Shown piece after piece: positions 20,139 to 30,528 of a DNA stretch of 64,000 bases. The position numbers were made by a program, and so were the translations under genes. Source of the stretch: Abditibacterium sp. (lineage in GTDB: Bacteria; Armatimonadota; Abditibacteriia; Abditibacteriales; Abditibacteriaceae); the NCBI GenBank assembly GCA_965199495.1, contig CBDASK010000003.1, positions 3,616,001 through 3,680,000 of the forward strand, in the 5' to 3' direction. The notes below the pieces were generated by a model. The model had not been told where the DNA came from and did not search any database. It saw only the letters and a list, made by a program, of their open reading frames with translations. How positions within the stretch are numbered: the stretch's first letter is position 1; each line of letters opens with the position of its first letter.

Positions 20139-20771
20139 CTACTTTTTCGAGGCGCCTCTGAAGATTTGTGAATTATGATACTCAACGTTTTCATCATTCA
20201 ATTTGTGCTTTGGGTGAATACGCAAATTAGACTGATTTAACTCAATCGCACCGTAATCGAGTTGAGCGTGGCAATTTGGGCAGACGCAAATAATATTGCC
20301 CTCAAAGTCTGGGCCATGATGGTCAGAGCCGAGAGGTTGGATATGGTGAGCTTCGGCATAGCTCTGCCCTCCAAACATAGTTAAGGTAAGCCCGCAAATT
20401 TGACATTCGTTGCCATACAAATGCTTTAATTGGCGCGCTAAAGGGCTATCTCGAATGATGCGATTTGAAACGCTCAAGGCGCGTTGAGCCTTTTGAGGTT
20501 CTGCTAAGTCAGAAGCTTTACCTTCGGGACTTCCAACATGAATATAGCCAGGAATGGAAGATATACCTTTAGGGCAGCTTGTTTCTACTCCTAAATGTAA
20601 ATAAGAACAATGTTGATAATCTTCTTCGGTTTCAAAGACGATATATCCTGACGCGTCCAACAACGCGCCAGGAAATTTTTTCAAAAGGTGATACCAAGTT
20701 CCATTGGAACGATAAAGTGCATGGGCGGCATCAATCCCCCATTCACGTTTCAGTTATTTTGCTGTTGCCAT
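20139..20771 (-). pseudogene. HNH endonuclease with an in-frame nonsense codon at codon 6
   Basis: GAGGTG SD and ATG at 20771: MATAK*LKREWGIDAAHALY... continues in frame into the 20139-20684 ORF (CQIC..EAHHIQPLG..GPD..NIICVCPNCH); low GC. Confidence 0.75.
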
Positions 20772-20796
20772 TTGGAGAATTCACCTCTAAAAACTG

Positions 20797-22608
20797 TTAC
20801 CCCGCCAACTTTTCCATTTCGGCAATCGTTTCCTCGAACACGTCAATCGCCGCGTTGATCGGGTCGGGCGTCGTCATGTCCACGCCCGCGCCTTTGAGCA
20901 AATCAATCGAAGTTTTGCTGCCGCCGCCGCGCAGAAAATTGAGATAACGTTCGACGGCGGGTTGGCCTTCGCGCAGGATTTGGCGCGCCAAGGTTTGCGC
21001 CGCCGAAATTCCCGTTGCGTATTGATAAACGTAGTAGCCGTAATAAAAATGTGGAATTCTCGCCCATTCGATGTTGGCAATCGGGTCAACTTGGACTTCA
21101 GCGCCGTAAAAGCTGCGGTTGATTTCGCCATACATTTCGGTCATCTTCTCCGCCGTCAACGCCTCTTTGTTCTCGACAACCGTATGGATTTTTAACTCGA
21201 ATTCGGCGAATAACGTCTGGCGATACAAAGTCGTGCGGAAGCGTTCGGCGGTCTGGTTGAGCAGGAACAGTTGCAACTCTTTGTCGCCCGATTCACGCGC
21301 GTCGGAAATCATTTTGTGGCTGAGCAACGCTTCCAATAAAGTCGAGGCGACTTCGGCGACGAAGATGGTGTAACCGGCGTAAACGTAAGGCTGAGTTTCG
21401 CGCGCCAGATAAGAATGCAAACTGTGGCCCCACTCGTGCGCGAGCGTGAAAACGCTGCCCAGTTTGTCGTTGTAGTTGAGCAGCATATAGGGCGGCGTCA
21501 AATACGAACCGTCGGAAAAGGCGCCTGAACGTTTGCCCTGATTCTCCAAAACGTCCACCCAGCGCTCCTCGAAACCTCGGCGGATAACAGCAGCCACGGC
21601 GTTGCCCAGGGGGCCGACGGAATTCAGAACCAAGTCTTTGCCGTCGCTAAACGGGATGTCGCGCTCGACGTTTTCGATGATCGGTACATACAAATCCCAC
21701 ATTTGCAGTTCGTCCAATTTCAACAACTTTTTGCGCAACCGCAAATAGCGATGCAAAACCGGCATACGTTGGTGAACCGTGTCAATCAAGTTGGTATAAA
21801 CGCTGGTCGGAATCGCTTCGGGATCGAGTTCCATGTTGAGCGCCGTCGGATAATTGCGAATGCGCGCCATCGCGACGTGACTTTTCACCGTGCCGCTCAA
21901 CGTGGCTGCTGTTGTGTTCTGCCAACCTTCGTAGGTGCCGTGCATGGTGCGAAACGCGTTTTCCCGCACGCTGCGGTCGTTCGATTGCAAAAAATTGATG
22001 TATTTGCCGTGCGTCAATTCCTGCTCGTCGCCGTTTTCGTCGCGGACGTTGGGAAATTTCAGATCAGCGTTATCGAACATCCGAAACGCGCCCGCGCAGG
22101 CGCCGCGCGTTTCGGCCAATTGCGCCAAAACTTCCTCGACTTCGCTGCTTCGCGTGTGAGCGCGCTCGCGTTCGAGCGTCTCGAAATAATATCGGTAAAG
22201 TTTGAGTCCATCTTCGTCGGCAATCATGCGCGCCAAATCGGCGGCGGGAATCGTCAGAATTTCGGGTTGAATCCAGGAAGTCGCGGCGGCACGGCGAGAA
22301 TACAAACCGCTCATGCGGTCGTTGCGCGCCTGAGATTGCGGATTGGTCGTGTCTTCCGCGTTTTTCAGGCTCGCCCACGAACCCAATTTGCCGATGATTT
22401 CGCCGGTTTGGTCGCGCAATGTCAGGCATTCGAGCAACTTTTTAGAATTGTTGAGCGTGCCGGAAAAGGCGGCAAACGCGGGGATTTGCGCTTCGAGCGC
22501 GCTAAATTCGGCTTCCCAATCTTCGGTTGTTTGGTAAACATGGGTCAAATCCCATGTCATTTCGATGGGAACTTGCGAACGTTTGGGCGTAATTTTGGTG
22601 GCGGTCAT
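20797..22608 (-). CDS. pepF: Oligoendopeptidase F (M3B)
   Basis: TWDL, GKRSGAFS, TLAHEWGHSLH, AEVAST, WARIPHFYY.YYVYQYATG. Confidence 0.96.
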   Translation of the reverse strand: MTATKITPKRSQVPIEMTWDLTHVYQTTEDWEAEFSALEAQIPAFAAFSGTLNNSKKLLECLTLRDQTGEIIGKLGSWASLKNAEDTTNPQSQARNDRMSGLYSRRAAATSWIQPEILTIPAADLARMIADEDGLKLYRYYFETLERERAHTRSSEVEEVLAQLAETRGACAGAFRMFDNADLKFPNVRDENGDEQELTHGKYINFLQSNDRSVRENAFRTMHGTYEGWQNTTAATLSGTVKSHVAMARIRNYPTALNMELDPEAIPTSVYTNLIDTVHQRMPVLHRYLRLRKKLLKLDELQMWDLYVPIIENVERDIPFSDGKDLVLNSVGPLGNAVAAVIRRGFEERWVDVLENQGKRSGAFSDGSYLTPPYMLLNYNDKLGSVFTLAHEWGHSLHSYLARETQPYVYAGYTIFVAEVASTLLEALLSHKMISDARESGDKELQLFLLNQTAERFRTTLYRQTLFAEFELKIHTVVENKEALTAEKMTEMYGEINRSFYGAEVQVDPIANIEWARIPHFYYGYYVYQYATGISAAQTLARQILREGQPAVERYLNFLRGGGSKTSIDLLKGAGVDMTTPDPINAAIDVFEETIAEMEKLAG

Positions 22609-22690
22609 GTGGGCGAAAGTATGGGGCAAACGCGGGGCCGCGAGGAAAATCTAAAGATTTCTTTTAAATGCTTTTCGCTATCCTTTTCTC

Positions 22691-23197
22691 GTGAACGAAA
22701 CAACAAAGCCCGTCGCCGATAAACCCGCCGAAATTCGCCGTCGTTTTGGCACGCGCGAAGAACTGATTTTGGCGCTGTTGCCCACTTCAATTGTTTTGCT
22801 GGTCTTCGGGTTTGTGCAAGCGTGGAGCAAGCAGGAACTTTTGTTCGCATCGCTCGCTTCGAGCGCGTTTTTGATTTATCTCGATCCTAAACACGCCACC
22901 AACAGCGCGCGCACTTTAGTCATTTCGCAAGTTTTATCGGCTTTAATCGGCTTCACGATGTTCTACATTTTCGGCCCCGGCTATCTGTCGGCGGCGGGTT
23001 CGATGGTCGTGGCGATTATCGCGATGGTGACTTTAGATGCAGTTCATCCGCCTGCCGTTTCGACGGCGCTGGCGTTCGGGTTTCGGCCCAGCAACGAACA
23101 TAATTTAACGCTGTTTATTTTGTCGGTTTTTCTCATCGTTTTGCTGGTCGGTTTGCAGCGCGTCTCGCTGTGGCTGGTGGCGCGCGCTTCGCGTTAA
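22691..23197 (+). CDS. HPP-family membrane protein
   Basis: LFASLASSAFLIYLDP; 'DAVHPPAVSTAL'. Confidence 0.88.
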   Translation: MNETTKPVADKPAEIRRRFGTREELILALLPTSIVLLVFGFVQAWSKQELLFASLASSAFLIYLDPKHATNSARTLVISQVLSALIGFTMFYIFGPGYLSAAGSMVVAIIAMVTLDAVHPPAVSTALAFGFRPSNEHNLTLFILSVFLIVLLVGLQRVSLWLVARASR

Positions 23198-23207
23198 CTT
23201 CATTTTT

Positions 23208-24035
23208 ATGACAAACGCTCCCAACACAAAAGCTCCCAACATCGCGCCCGAAAAGCAAATTCTCGACGACGAACGCCGCCGACTTTTGCAGCGTATCGAA
23301 GACGGATTGGAAACGCCGCTCCTCGTTCTGGGCATTCTCTGGCTGGGACTTTTGGGCGCCGAATTGATCTGGAACGTTGAAAATTTGTGGATGGAAGTCG
23401 CGGTCTGGACGATCTGGGCAGTTTTCGCGGTTGATTTCGCGATTAAATTCGTCTTGGCGCCCGACAAAGTTGACTATCTCAAAAGCAACTGGCTGAGCGC
23501 GATTTCTCTGTTTGTCCCGGCACTGCGCATCTTTCGGTTTGCGCGCGTGTTTCGACTGTTTCGCGTGGCGCGCGCGGCCCGTGGCTTCCGTTTGGTGCGC
23601 GTGTTGGGCAGTTTGAATAATGGAATGGGCGCGCTGGGCAACGTGATGGGGCGGCGCGGTTTCGGCTACGTTTTGGCGCTCACTCTCATCGTGACTTTTG
23701 TGGGCGCGGCGGGCATGTTGGCCTTTGAAGATCGCGCGTCGGGCGGCGGCATGGACGGTTACGGCCAGGCGATTTGGTGGACGGCGATGTTGATGACGAC
23801 GTTGGGCGCCGGTTACGAACCGCAAACCATCGAAGGCCGCGTGTTGGCATTCTTTTTGGCGTTGTATGCTTTTACCGTGTTCGGCTACTTCACGGCGACG
23901 CTCGCCACGTTTTTCATCGGGCGCGATGCCGAAAACCCCGATGCCGAACTGCCCTCGGCCCAAATGATCGGCGAACTGCGCGAGGAAATCGCCGGACTGC
24001 GCGCCGAAATGCGCGCGCTGAAAGAGGACAAATAA
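23208..24035 (+). CDS. 6-TM voltage-gated-like ion channel (potassium-channel family) with atypical filter
   Basis: Arg-repeat S4 (LRIFRFARVFRLFRVAR); pore helix WWTAMLMTTLGAGYEPQT.EGR; C-terminal coiled coil. Confidence 0.85.
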   Translation: MTNAPNTKAPNIAPEKQILDDERRRLLQRIEDGLETPLLVLGILWLGLLGAELIWNVENLWMEVAVWTIWAVFAVDFAIKFVLAPDKVDYLKSNWLSAISLFVPALRIFRFARVFRLFRVARAARGFRLVRVLGSLNNGMGALGNVMGRRGFGYVLALTLIVTFVGAAGMLAFEDRASGGGMDGYGQAIWWTAMLMTTLGAGYEPQTIEGRVLAFFLALYAFTVFGYFTATLATFFIGRDAENPDAELPSAQMIGELREEIAGLRAEMRALKEDK

Positions 24036-24038
24036 TTC

Positions 24039-24515
24039 ATGGACGAAACAGCTAAAATTGCACTCAACGCTTTGGGCGATAAAGGCGCTGAAACTTTCGC
24101 GGGCAATCCGCTGGGGCAAGCAACCGAACTGTGGATTCAAAACGCGGTGCAGTGGTTGCGTCTGGGTGTCGAAACGATGGGCGCCATTGTGATTGGCGTC
24201 GGTATTTTGGTGGCGTTGCTGGCTTTGTTGCGCACATTAATCGCGCGTCAGCCCGCCAATTTTAACGCGATCCGTTTGGGATTTGCGCGTTATTTAGCGA
24301 TGGCATTGGAATTTCAGTTGGGCGCTGATATTCTTTCGACGGCCATCGCTCCGAGTTGGGGCACCATTGGGCGCCTGGCGGCTATCGCCATCATTCGCAC
24401 GGCGCTCAACTACTTTTTGATGAAAGAAATCAACGAAGAAACAAAACGCGCCGAAAACGAAAAAGGGGTGGAGGCGCGCACCAGCGATGATCCGTCGAAA
24501 CATATCGCGGTGTGA
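24039..24515 (+). CDS. DUF1622 membrane protein
   Basis: 'RL.FARYL..ALEFQLGADILSTAIAPSW..IG.LAAIA.IRT.LNYFL.KE'. Confidence 0.9.
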   Translation: MDETAKIALNALGDKGAETFAGNPLGQATELWIQNAVQWLRLGVETMGAIVIGVGILVALLALLRTLIARQPANFNAIRLGFARYLAMALEFQLGADILSTAIAPSWGTIGRLAAIAIIRTALNYFLMKEINEETKRAENEKGVEARTSDDPSKHIAV

Positions 24516-24534
24516 ATAAAAGCGCCCATTTTCC

Positions 24535-25551
24535 TCAACTCCCCAACTTTTCCACCCATTCCGCGACTTCGTCCGCGCTTAATTCGCGATCTACGTCCAC
24601 GCTCGCTTTGAGCGAGGCGAACAAACGTTGCGCTTTCCAGCTACGCGAATACGACGACGGCCCCAAGATAATAACGCGATATTGCTCCCACTTGGGAATG
24701 ACGAGGGGCGAATCTTCGTTCCAAATCCAATGCTGGCTGTCGGCCAAATCGTCTTTGATCGAGCCGTCGCGGTTGAGCGCGCGATACGAATACAAATTCC
24801 AATCGCTTTCGACGCTCATTTCGCTGGTCTGCTCGCCGCTACCATCGAAAATCGCGGTCGCGGCTTTGGGATATTTGCGCGCCGCGTCGGGATAGTGCGC
24901 CATCAAAAGCGCGTGCAACTGCGCGATATCGGCGATGCCGCTAAACGTGCCGATAAAACCGCGTTGGCGCGCCGGTTCGATTACCAAAATCGGTTCTTTA
25001 TCCAAAACTCCCAACATCGCATCGAGAAAAAACGCGCCTTCGTGGCGCTCGGACAATGGAGCAGCCACGTCGCGCAGAGGCCGCATTTGCGCGCGCGCTT
25101 CGGGACTGGCCGACAAAGCCGCCATCAGGGGCAAATAAAACGCCTGCAAGCGTTCCCAGTCGCGCGCTTCGGCGGGCATTTGCGCGGTCACTTCTTCCAC
25201 GACGGCATCCACATTTTGCCCGTCGCCCTCGGCATGAATCACGGCGTCGAGCAAACGAGTAGCGCCATCTAACCATTGCGGCAAACGCGGCGCGAACGCT
25301 TCCAATAGCGGTTCGGGCGCGAATCCGTTTTCGACTAAGGCGCCGCTCATCATCAGCGCGAACTGGGCGCGCGCCAAATTCTCCCAATCCATCACGCCCG
25401 CCAATTGAATCTGCGCATCCAAAATCGCCTGAATCGAATCGGGATTTTGTAGCGTCTTGACCCACTTGTCGGCGGCGCTTTGAATGGCGCGTTCGTCCGA
25501 ATCTGGATTGGCCAGAACGTCGAGCAGTTGTTGCGTTTGTTGAGCGGGCAT
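24535..25551 (-). CDS. Conserved hypothetical protein
   Basis: 338-codon ORF with native codon usage; 'SGIAD..QLH.LL', 'WIWNE..P..IP'. Confidence 0.75.
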   Translation of the reverse strand: MPAQQTQQLLDVLANPDSDERAIQSAADKWVKTLQNPDSIQAILDAQIQLAGVMDWENLARAQFALMMSGALVENGFAPEPLLEAFAPRLPQWLDGATRLLDAVIHAEGDGQNVDAVVEEVTAQMPAEARDWERLQAFYLPLMAALSASPEARAQMRPLRDVAAPLSERHEGAFFLDAMLGVLDKEPILVIEPARQRGFIGTFSGIADIAQLHALLMAHYPDAARKYPKAATAIFDGSGEQTSEMSVESDWNLYSYRALNRDGSIKDDLADSQHWIWNEDSPLVIPKWEQYRVIILGPSSYSRSWKAQRLFASLKASVDVDRELSADEVAEWVEKLGS

Positions 25552-25563
25552 CGGCCAAACAAG

Positions 25564-25986
25564 TTACCAAATCTGGCGCCACCATGCCCACGCGAACACG
25601 CTCGTAAAATAAAGCCAGCCCGCCGCGAACAAGTAATGAATCGTCGTCTCGAAGATTTTGCCGCGCCACAATTGGGAATCGTAGACCGCGAACTGAAAGA
25701 CCAATCGGCAACCCCAAAACAGCGTCAATCCGCCGCACAGCCAATTTCCGGCCAGCGTCGGTTCGAGCAAAGCGCGCGTGCCCAACAGTGCCAAAGCGCC
25801 CATCATGGCGCAAATCAGCGCGATGAAGAAATTATGAACGTAGAAAATCTGCCGGTTGAGCGGTGACATCTTCGCGGTCTCTTCGTCCCAATGGAAGCGT
25901 TTGTCGAAAAGCGCGTGGGAAACTCCGAGAAAAATGAGAATCGCTCCGGTAAATTTCAGGTGCAACGCGAGATCGAAAAGCGACAT
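25564..25986 (-). CDS. Four-TM membrane protein
   Basis: MSLFDLALH..; 'W.EE...S.LNRQ.FYVH.FFI', 'FW..RL..QF..Y...LW.GK.FET'. Confidence 0.8.
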   Translation of the reverse strand: MSLFDLALHLKFTGAILIFLGVSHALFDKRFHWDEETAKMSPLNRQIFYVHNFFIALICAMMGALALLGTRALLEPTLAGNWLCGGLTLFWGCRLVFQFAVYDSQLWRGKIFETTIHYLFAAGWLYFTSVFAWAWWRQIW

Positions 25987-26132
25987 TGGCGTTAGTTTAA
26001 TGGATGGACTTTTGACAAGTGGCCGAGCAAACCGACGAAATTTGGGGCCAAAAGTCCGCCATCCATCCGAAATTGAAAATCGCCCGGTAAACTGAAAGAG
26101 GCGACTTTTACGCCGTCTTCCCAACCTATTTC

Positions 26133-29100
26133 ATGAAAAATTCGCTCGTTATCCTCGCCGTGGCTGCTTGGGGCGCTGGTTCGGCATTGGTCGGTTGCGC
26201 CGCACTGCGCCCGACCAACGCGGCAGTGGTGAATCAAGCGCCAGCCAATATCGGCTCTGAAAAAATCGCGATGGCGCCCGCCGCTTTGCGCGGTTACGGT
26301 CAAGTCACGGCGAGCTTTACCGCCACGCGCGCCGAGTTCGAGTGCGAAACTGCGGATTACGCCGACCGTTTGATGGGAAAATTGTTGGCGGACGCGTTTT
26401 GGGAGGCGGGCGCCAATCACATTCAGACGACGGCGCGCGCGGGCAAAGTTTCGATTCCGCTTCATCAACGCGCGGGCTACGGCGTTTTGAGCGTCGCGCG
26501 CAACGGCAATCGCGTCGTGGTTTTGGGCGGCGAAACGCCCACCGATGTCGTCGCGTTGGCGACCAAAGAACCGCTATTTCAGCAAGCGGGGACGATTTTC
26601 GCGCCAGCCAAACCGTATCCGATTTATCTCGATTTTTACGATTTGCGCGCCGTCAAATTTTATACGGGCGCGATGGACGGCGGCGAGTTGGGCTTGGAAA
26701 GCCATTGGCCGTTCCTCCAAAAATTCGGTCTGGGCGGCCTGACCGTGCAGGGGCCTTCGGCCAATTTTAACAATCCGGCGTCCGGCGTTGTGCAATGGGC
26801 GCCCTACGATTACGAAGTGCGACAGGCGCAGCGCAGTGGCGGTATGATCGTGCCGTCGCTTTATCTGGGCGGCGAGGTCTCATTGTGGGATTATAACGAC
26901 CGGCCCTTTTCCATGATGCAGCCGTCGCCGACGGCGCTGGTGGGCGCCTGGGGCTATGGTGCAGCCACGGCGGGCGCGCACTATCTCAGTTGGGGCTTGA
27001 GCGGCGCCGCTGATAACATCGCGCCCACCCAATTCGCGCGTCAGGTCGTCGCGCGTTACGGCGATAATCCCGCCGTCGGTGGCTGGCATCTTTATGCCGG
27101 TTCGCCCGGTGTCGAGATGGCATTTCACGACCGCGTAACCGATTTATGGGATTATTCGGTGGCGGGAGAGCGTGGTTTTCGCCAGTGGTTGCGCGACGAG
27201 AAAAAGTTGACTTTGGCCGAATTGGGCGCGCGCTGGTTTGGCGATTCCGCGCATTTCGCTTCGTGGGACGAAGTTCATGTTCCCGATGTGCGCGGCTTCA
27301 CCGCCGATTTAGCGGGCGGCGCTTTGCGCTTGGGCGCGGGTTGGAGTTGGAAAAAAGCCGATGGCGCGCAGTCCTCGGAAGCTGCGCCGCCCGGCGCGGG
27401 CAAGCCGTGGATTCCCGTGGCGATGCCGCCCGCGCAAGATCAGGATTTCTTGCCGTTTGGTGCGGCGTTCTATCGCGATTCGTTCGATGCGAGCGCTTGG
27501 ATGCGCGGCAAAACCGATCAGAAAATCTATCTGGCGATTGACACCAACGACCGCAGCGCGGACGGCACGCAAATTTGGATCAACGGCCAAACCGTCGGCC
27601 AATTCAAAAGCCAGCCCGAAACTCGTCAAGTCGGCGTGGATGTCACAGCTTACCTCCAAAACGGGCGCAACGAACTGGTTTTGCGCGTGCCTTCGGGCCG
27701 CGATATTCACCGCGACGGCAAACTTTTTGGCCCGGTCGCGCTCAGCACAACGCCACCACGAATCTATCCGTTTTTGGGGCGCGAGGCCAACGCGCGCTGG
27801 GTGGACGTGCGCGAGTGGCAAGCCTACGGCATCTATCACAGCCATCTTTTGGCGGCCCAAACCGCGCGCGCCGCCGACCCCAATCGCCCGCTCATTTTGT
27901 CAGGGACGGCGGCGGAGTTGGGCAATTACAACCAGGATTTGGCCGTGCGTTTTGGAATGGGCTTGCAGTTCACCGGGCGCGAGGCCTACTATTTTCCGTG
28001 GAGTTCGCGTGCCGGGCAGATCGCGGGCTTTTATGGCACTTCGGAGCCGTCGGCGCCCACCCTCGATCCGCGCGATCTCTCGCGCACCATCGGTTGGAGC
28101 TTGTTCGACGGCGATAGCAACATTGACCTGTTTTATCATATCGAACAATATATCGGCATGGAAAACAAAACCGGTTGGTTTTCCAAAAACAAGCCGTTGC
28201 TGCAATTGGTCGGCAAGTCGTTGCCCGAACCGGCGCCGATGGTGATTTTGCGCTCGGCGCAGACTTATCTATTGGGCAGTCAGGCGCCCGATAACTGGGA
28301 CATCGGGCGCGGCGAATTGCACAGCGCGCATTTCGATTACGGTTATGCCACCGAACGCGAAGTCCGCAACGGCCAAATCAATGGCACGCCGCTCGTATTC
28401 GATGCGGGCAGTGAGTTCATGGACGCTCAAACCCTCGCGGCCCTCGAAAAATATGTGCGGGCGGGCGGCACTTTCGTGGCGCTTCACCAAACCGGACGCC
28501 ACAGTTTGCTCGCGCCCGATACTTATCCGATCTCGACGCTGACCGGTTTCAAGGTGGCGTCCGGTTCGGCGTCGGGGCCGATCCGTTTTGGCGCCGATTT
28601 GCCGATTTTTAAGGGCTGGGAAAACGATCAATTCGATGGTCGCGAAGGCATCGAACTCGACGCGAAAACGGCGGCGCCCGGCACGGTCGCCCTCGCCAAA
28701 TGGGCGAATGGCAACGTCGCCGTCGGAATGCGGACGCTGGGCAAAGGCCGCGTTATCACGCTGGCTTCGACATTTTGGCGCGCGGACGGCGCGCGCGCGA
28801 CCGATTTTTTCGAGCGGCTTTTTGGCGCCGTCGGCATCGAGCGCACGGCGCGCAGTGCGGACACAAATATCTGGACGCGCAAAGTCATCAGCAAAAACGG
28901 GCAGCAAGATTGGCTGCTCGCCTTCAACAACAGCGACAACGCGCGCACGGCGGGCGTCTCGTTTCGCACCGCGCAACGTCCCGCGCAAGTCACCGATTTG
29001 CTGACGGGGCAGTCCGTTTCGTTCGATTATCAAAACGGCATGGTCGAAATCGCTGGGGTAGGCTTCGACCGGCAGGGCACGCGTGCCTTCGCGGCGCGGC

Positions 29101-30062
29101 GCGCCAGTCTGGTGGGCGGTTTGCCGTTTTGGTGGGCCGAAAAACTCAAGTATTGGCGCCAAACCGAAACCGAAAGCGGAACTTTGCCGCCTTCATCTCC
29201 GGCGAACAACGCGCGCACCCTCGCTTTCGATGGGTGGAAGTTTCGCCGCGACGATGCAGCCATCGGCGCCGATTCGGCTTGGATGCAGCCGAATTTCGAT
29301 GATGCCAAGTGGCAAACGCTGCCAACTGGGCCGTGGAATTTGCGGGACGAAAACCTGCGCGATTATCACGGCGCCGCCGCTTATCGCGCGCGCTTTACTC
29401 TTCCGCCGACTTGGAAAGGGCGCACAATTACGCTCAACCTTTATTCGTTCAACACGCCGATTGTTTACGATAGCGGCGAGTTTTTCATCAATGGCCAGAA
29501 AGTCACGTCGTATCAGGGGCGCCCCGGCAGCCAGACTTTGAATTATGATGTGACCCCGCTACTGCGCGACGGCGAAAATATATTATCGGTCAAAGTCAAG
29601 GGCGGCCCCAAACTGTCCGGCGTGGCTGGTTGCGTGTGGCTCGCACCCGAACGCGCGTTTGACGCCCAACTCGATTTGAGCGGTTCGTGGGACATGGTTA
29701 AAGGCGATTATTTGACGCGCGAAAAAATCAGTTTGCCCGGTGGCGGGCAGGGCAAATATCTGGAAAAAACCGTGGACGTGCCCGCCGATTGGAGCGGCGG
29801 CGAAACTTTCGTTCACATCGAAGTGCCCAATGGGCAGTGGATGAAATGCGTCGCGGTGAACGGACATCCCATCGCGCTCAACTCGTATTTGCATCCGTTT
29901 GGGTTGCGCAGCGAGATTAATATCTCGCCTTATGTGCGCGCGGGCGAACCCAATCGCATCCAAATTTGGCCGTGGAACACGATTCCCGCTCAAGGAGAAA
30001 ACGCGCAAGTCGCCGAAGATCGTTTCGATATTTCGCGAATTTTTCTGGGGCGCGCCAAGTAG
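26133..30062 (+). CDS. Large multidomain glycoside hydrolase (GH42/beta-galactosidase-like catalytic and trimerisation domains, plus several sugar-binding jelly-rolls); probable lipoprotein
   Basis: LVG|C lipobox; 'RYGDNPAVGGW', 'FRQWL..LAEL.ARW..F.SWDEV', 'LEKYVRAGGTFV', 'GKGRVI', repeated 'WING..VG..DVT..L..G.N.L.V.V'. Confidence 0.8.
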   Translation: MKNSLVILAVAAWGAGSALVGCAALRPTNAAVVNQAPANIGSEKIAMAPAALRGYGQVTASFTATRAEFECETADYADRLMGKLLADAFWEAGANHIQTTARAGKVSIPLHQRAGYGVLSVARNGNRVVVLGGETPTDVVALATKEPLFQQAGTIFAPAKPYPIYLDFYDLRAVKFYTGAMDGGELGLESHWPFLQKFGLGGLTVQGPSANFNNPASGVVQWAPYDYEVRQAQRSGGMIVPSLYLGGEVSLWDYNDRPFSMMQPSPTALVGAWGYGAATAGAHYLSWGLSGAADNIAPTQFARQVVARYGDNPAVGGWHLYAGSPGVEMAFHDRVTDLWDYSVAGERGFRQWLRDEKKLTLAELGARWFGDSAHFASWDEVHVPDVRGFTADLAGGALRLGAGWSWKKADGAQSSEAAPPGAGKPWIPVAMPPAQDQDFLPFGAAFYRDSFDASAWMRGKTDQKIYLAIDTNDRSADGTQIWINGQTVGQFKSQPETRQVGVDVTAYLQNGRNELVLRVPSGRDIHRDGKLFGPVALSTTPPRIYPFLGREANARWVDVREWQAYGIYHSHLLAAQTARAADPNRPLILSGTAAELGNYNQDLAVRFGMGLQFTGREAYYFPWSSRAGQIAGFYGTSEPSAPTLDPRDLSRTIGWSLFDGDSNIDLFYHIEQYIGMENKTGWFSKNKPLLQLVGKSLPEPAPMVILRSAQTYLLGSQAPDNWDIGRGELHSAHFDYGYATEREVRNGQINGTPLVFDAGSEFMDAQTLAALEKYVRAGGTFVALHQTGRHSLLAPDTYPISTLTGFKVASGSASGPIRFGADLPIFKGWENDQFDGREGIELDAKTAAPGTVALAKWANGNVAVGMRTLGKGRVITLASTFWRADGARATDFFERLFGAVGIERTARSADTNIWTRKVISKNGQQDWLLAFNNSDNARTAGVSFRTAQRPAQVTDLLTGQSVSFDYQNGMVEIAGVGFDRQGTRAFAARRASLVGGLPFWWAEKLKYWRQTETESGTLPPSSPANNARTLAFDGWKFRRDDAAIGADSAWMQPNFDDAKWQTLPTGPWNLRDENLRDYHGAAAYRARFTLPPTWKGRTITLNLYSFNTPIVYDSGEFFINGQKVTSYQGRPGSQTLNYDVTPLLRDGENILSVKVKGGPKLSGVAGCVWLAPERAFDAQLDLSGSWDMVKGDYLTREKISLPGGGQGKYLEKTVDVPADWSGGETFVHIEVPNGQWMKCVAVNGHPIALNSYLHPFGLRSEINISPYVRAGEPNRIQIWPWNTIPAQGENAQVAEDRFDISRIFLGRAK

Positions 30063-30082
30063 CGGTCGCATAAACTGAGTCA

Positions 30083-30316
30083 ATGCCCCGTGAAATTCAG
30101 GATGAAAACACGATTTGGAGCTTGGCTCAGGCCTACGCCGGATTGGAAGAATTGCACAGCGCCCGCAAAGACGTGGCGCACAAGGACGGCTTAGTTTGGG
30201 TTATCGCCACGCCCAATGGTGGCGCGCAATCGGTGCGTTTGCACTTGGCGGAAGATTGGGAAAGCGAACTCGACGATGAAGACTTGCTCGCGGTAATCGC
30301 CGAGAACGCGAAATAA
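30083..30316 (+). CDS. Small acidic hypothetical protein
   Basis: 77-codon ORF; TAAACT 6 nt before ATG; its TAA is the first 3 nt of the following palindrome. Confidence 0.7.
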   Translation: MPREIQDENTIWSLAQAYAGLEELHSARKDVAHKDGLVWVIATPNGGAQSVRLHLAEDWESELDDEDLLAVIAENAK

Positions 30317-30528
30317 CCTAAGTTGCGCCCTACTTCTTCATTGTCATTCTGAGCCGGGTGCCCCTTGGGCGGTAGGCACGAACGAAGTCGAAGAATCCAT
30401 GACGTAACGGCACCGATGAGAGCGGAGTCAAAAAGCAACCGATGGATTCTTCGACTTCGTTCGTGCCTACCGCCCAAGGGGCACCCGGCTCAGAATGACA
30501 ATGAAGAAGTAGGGCGCAACTTAGGTTA
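30314..30528. mobile_element. Family-A1 palindrome with extended perfect 87-bp arms
   Basis: 30314-30400 is the exact reverse complement of 30442-30528; 41-bp spacer homologous to the one at 15545-15585. Confidence 0.93.
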
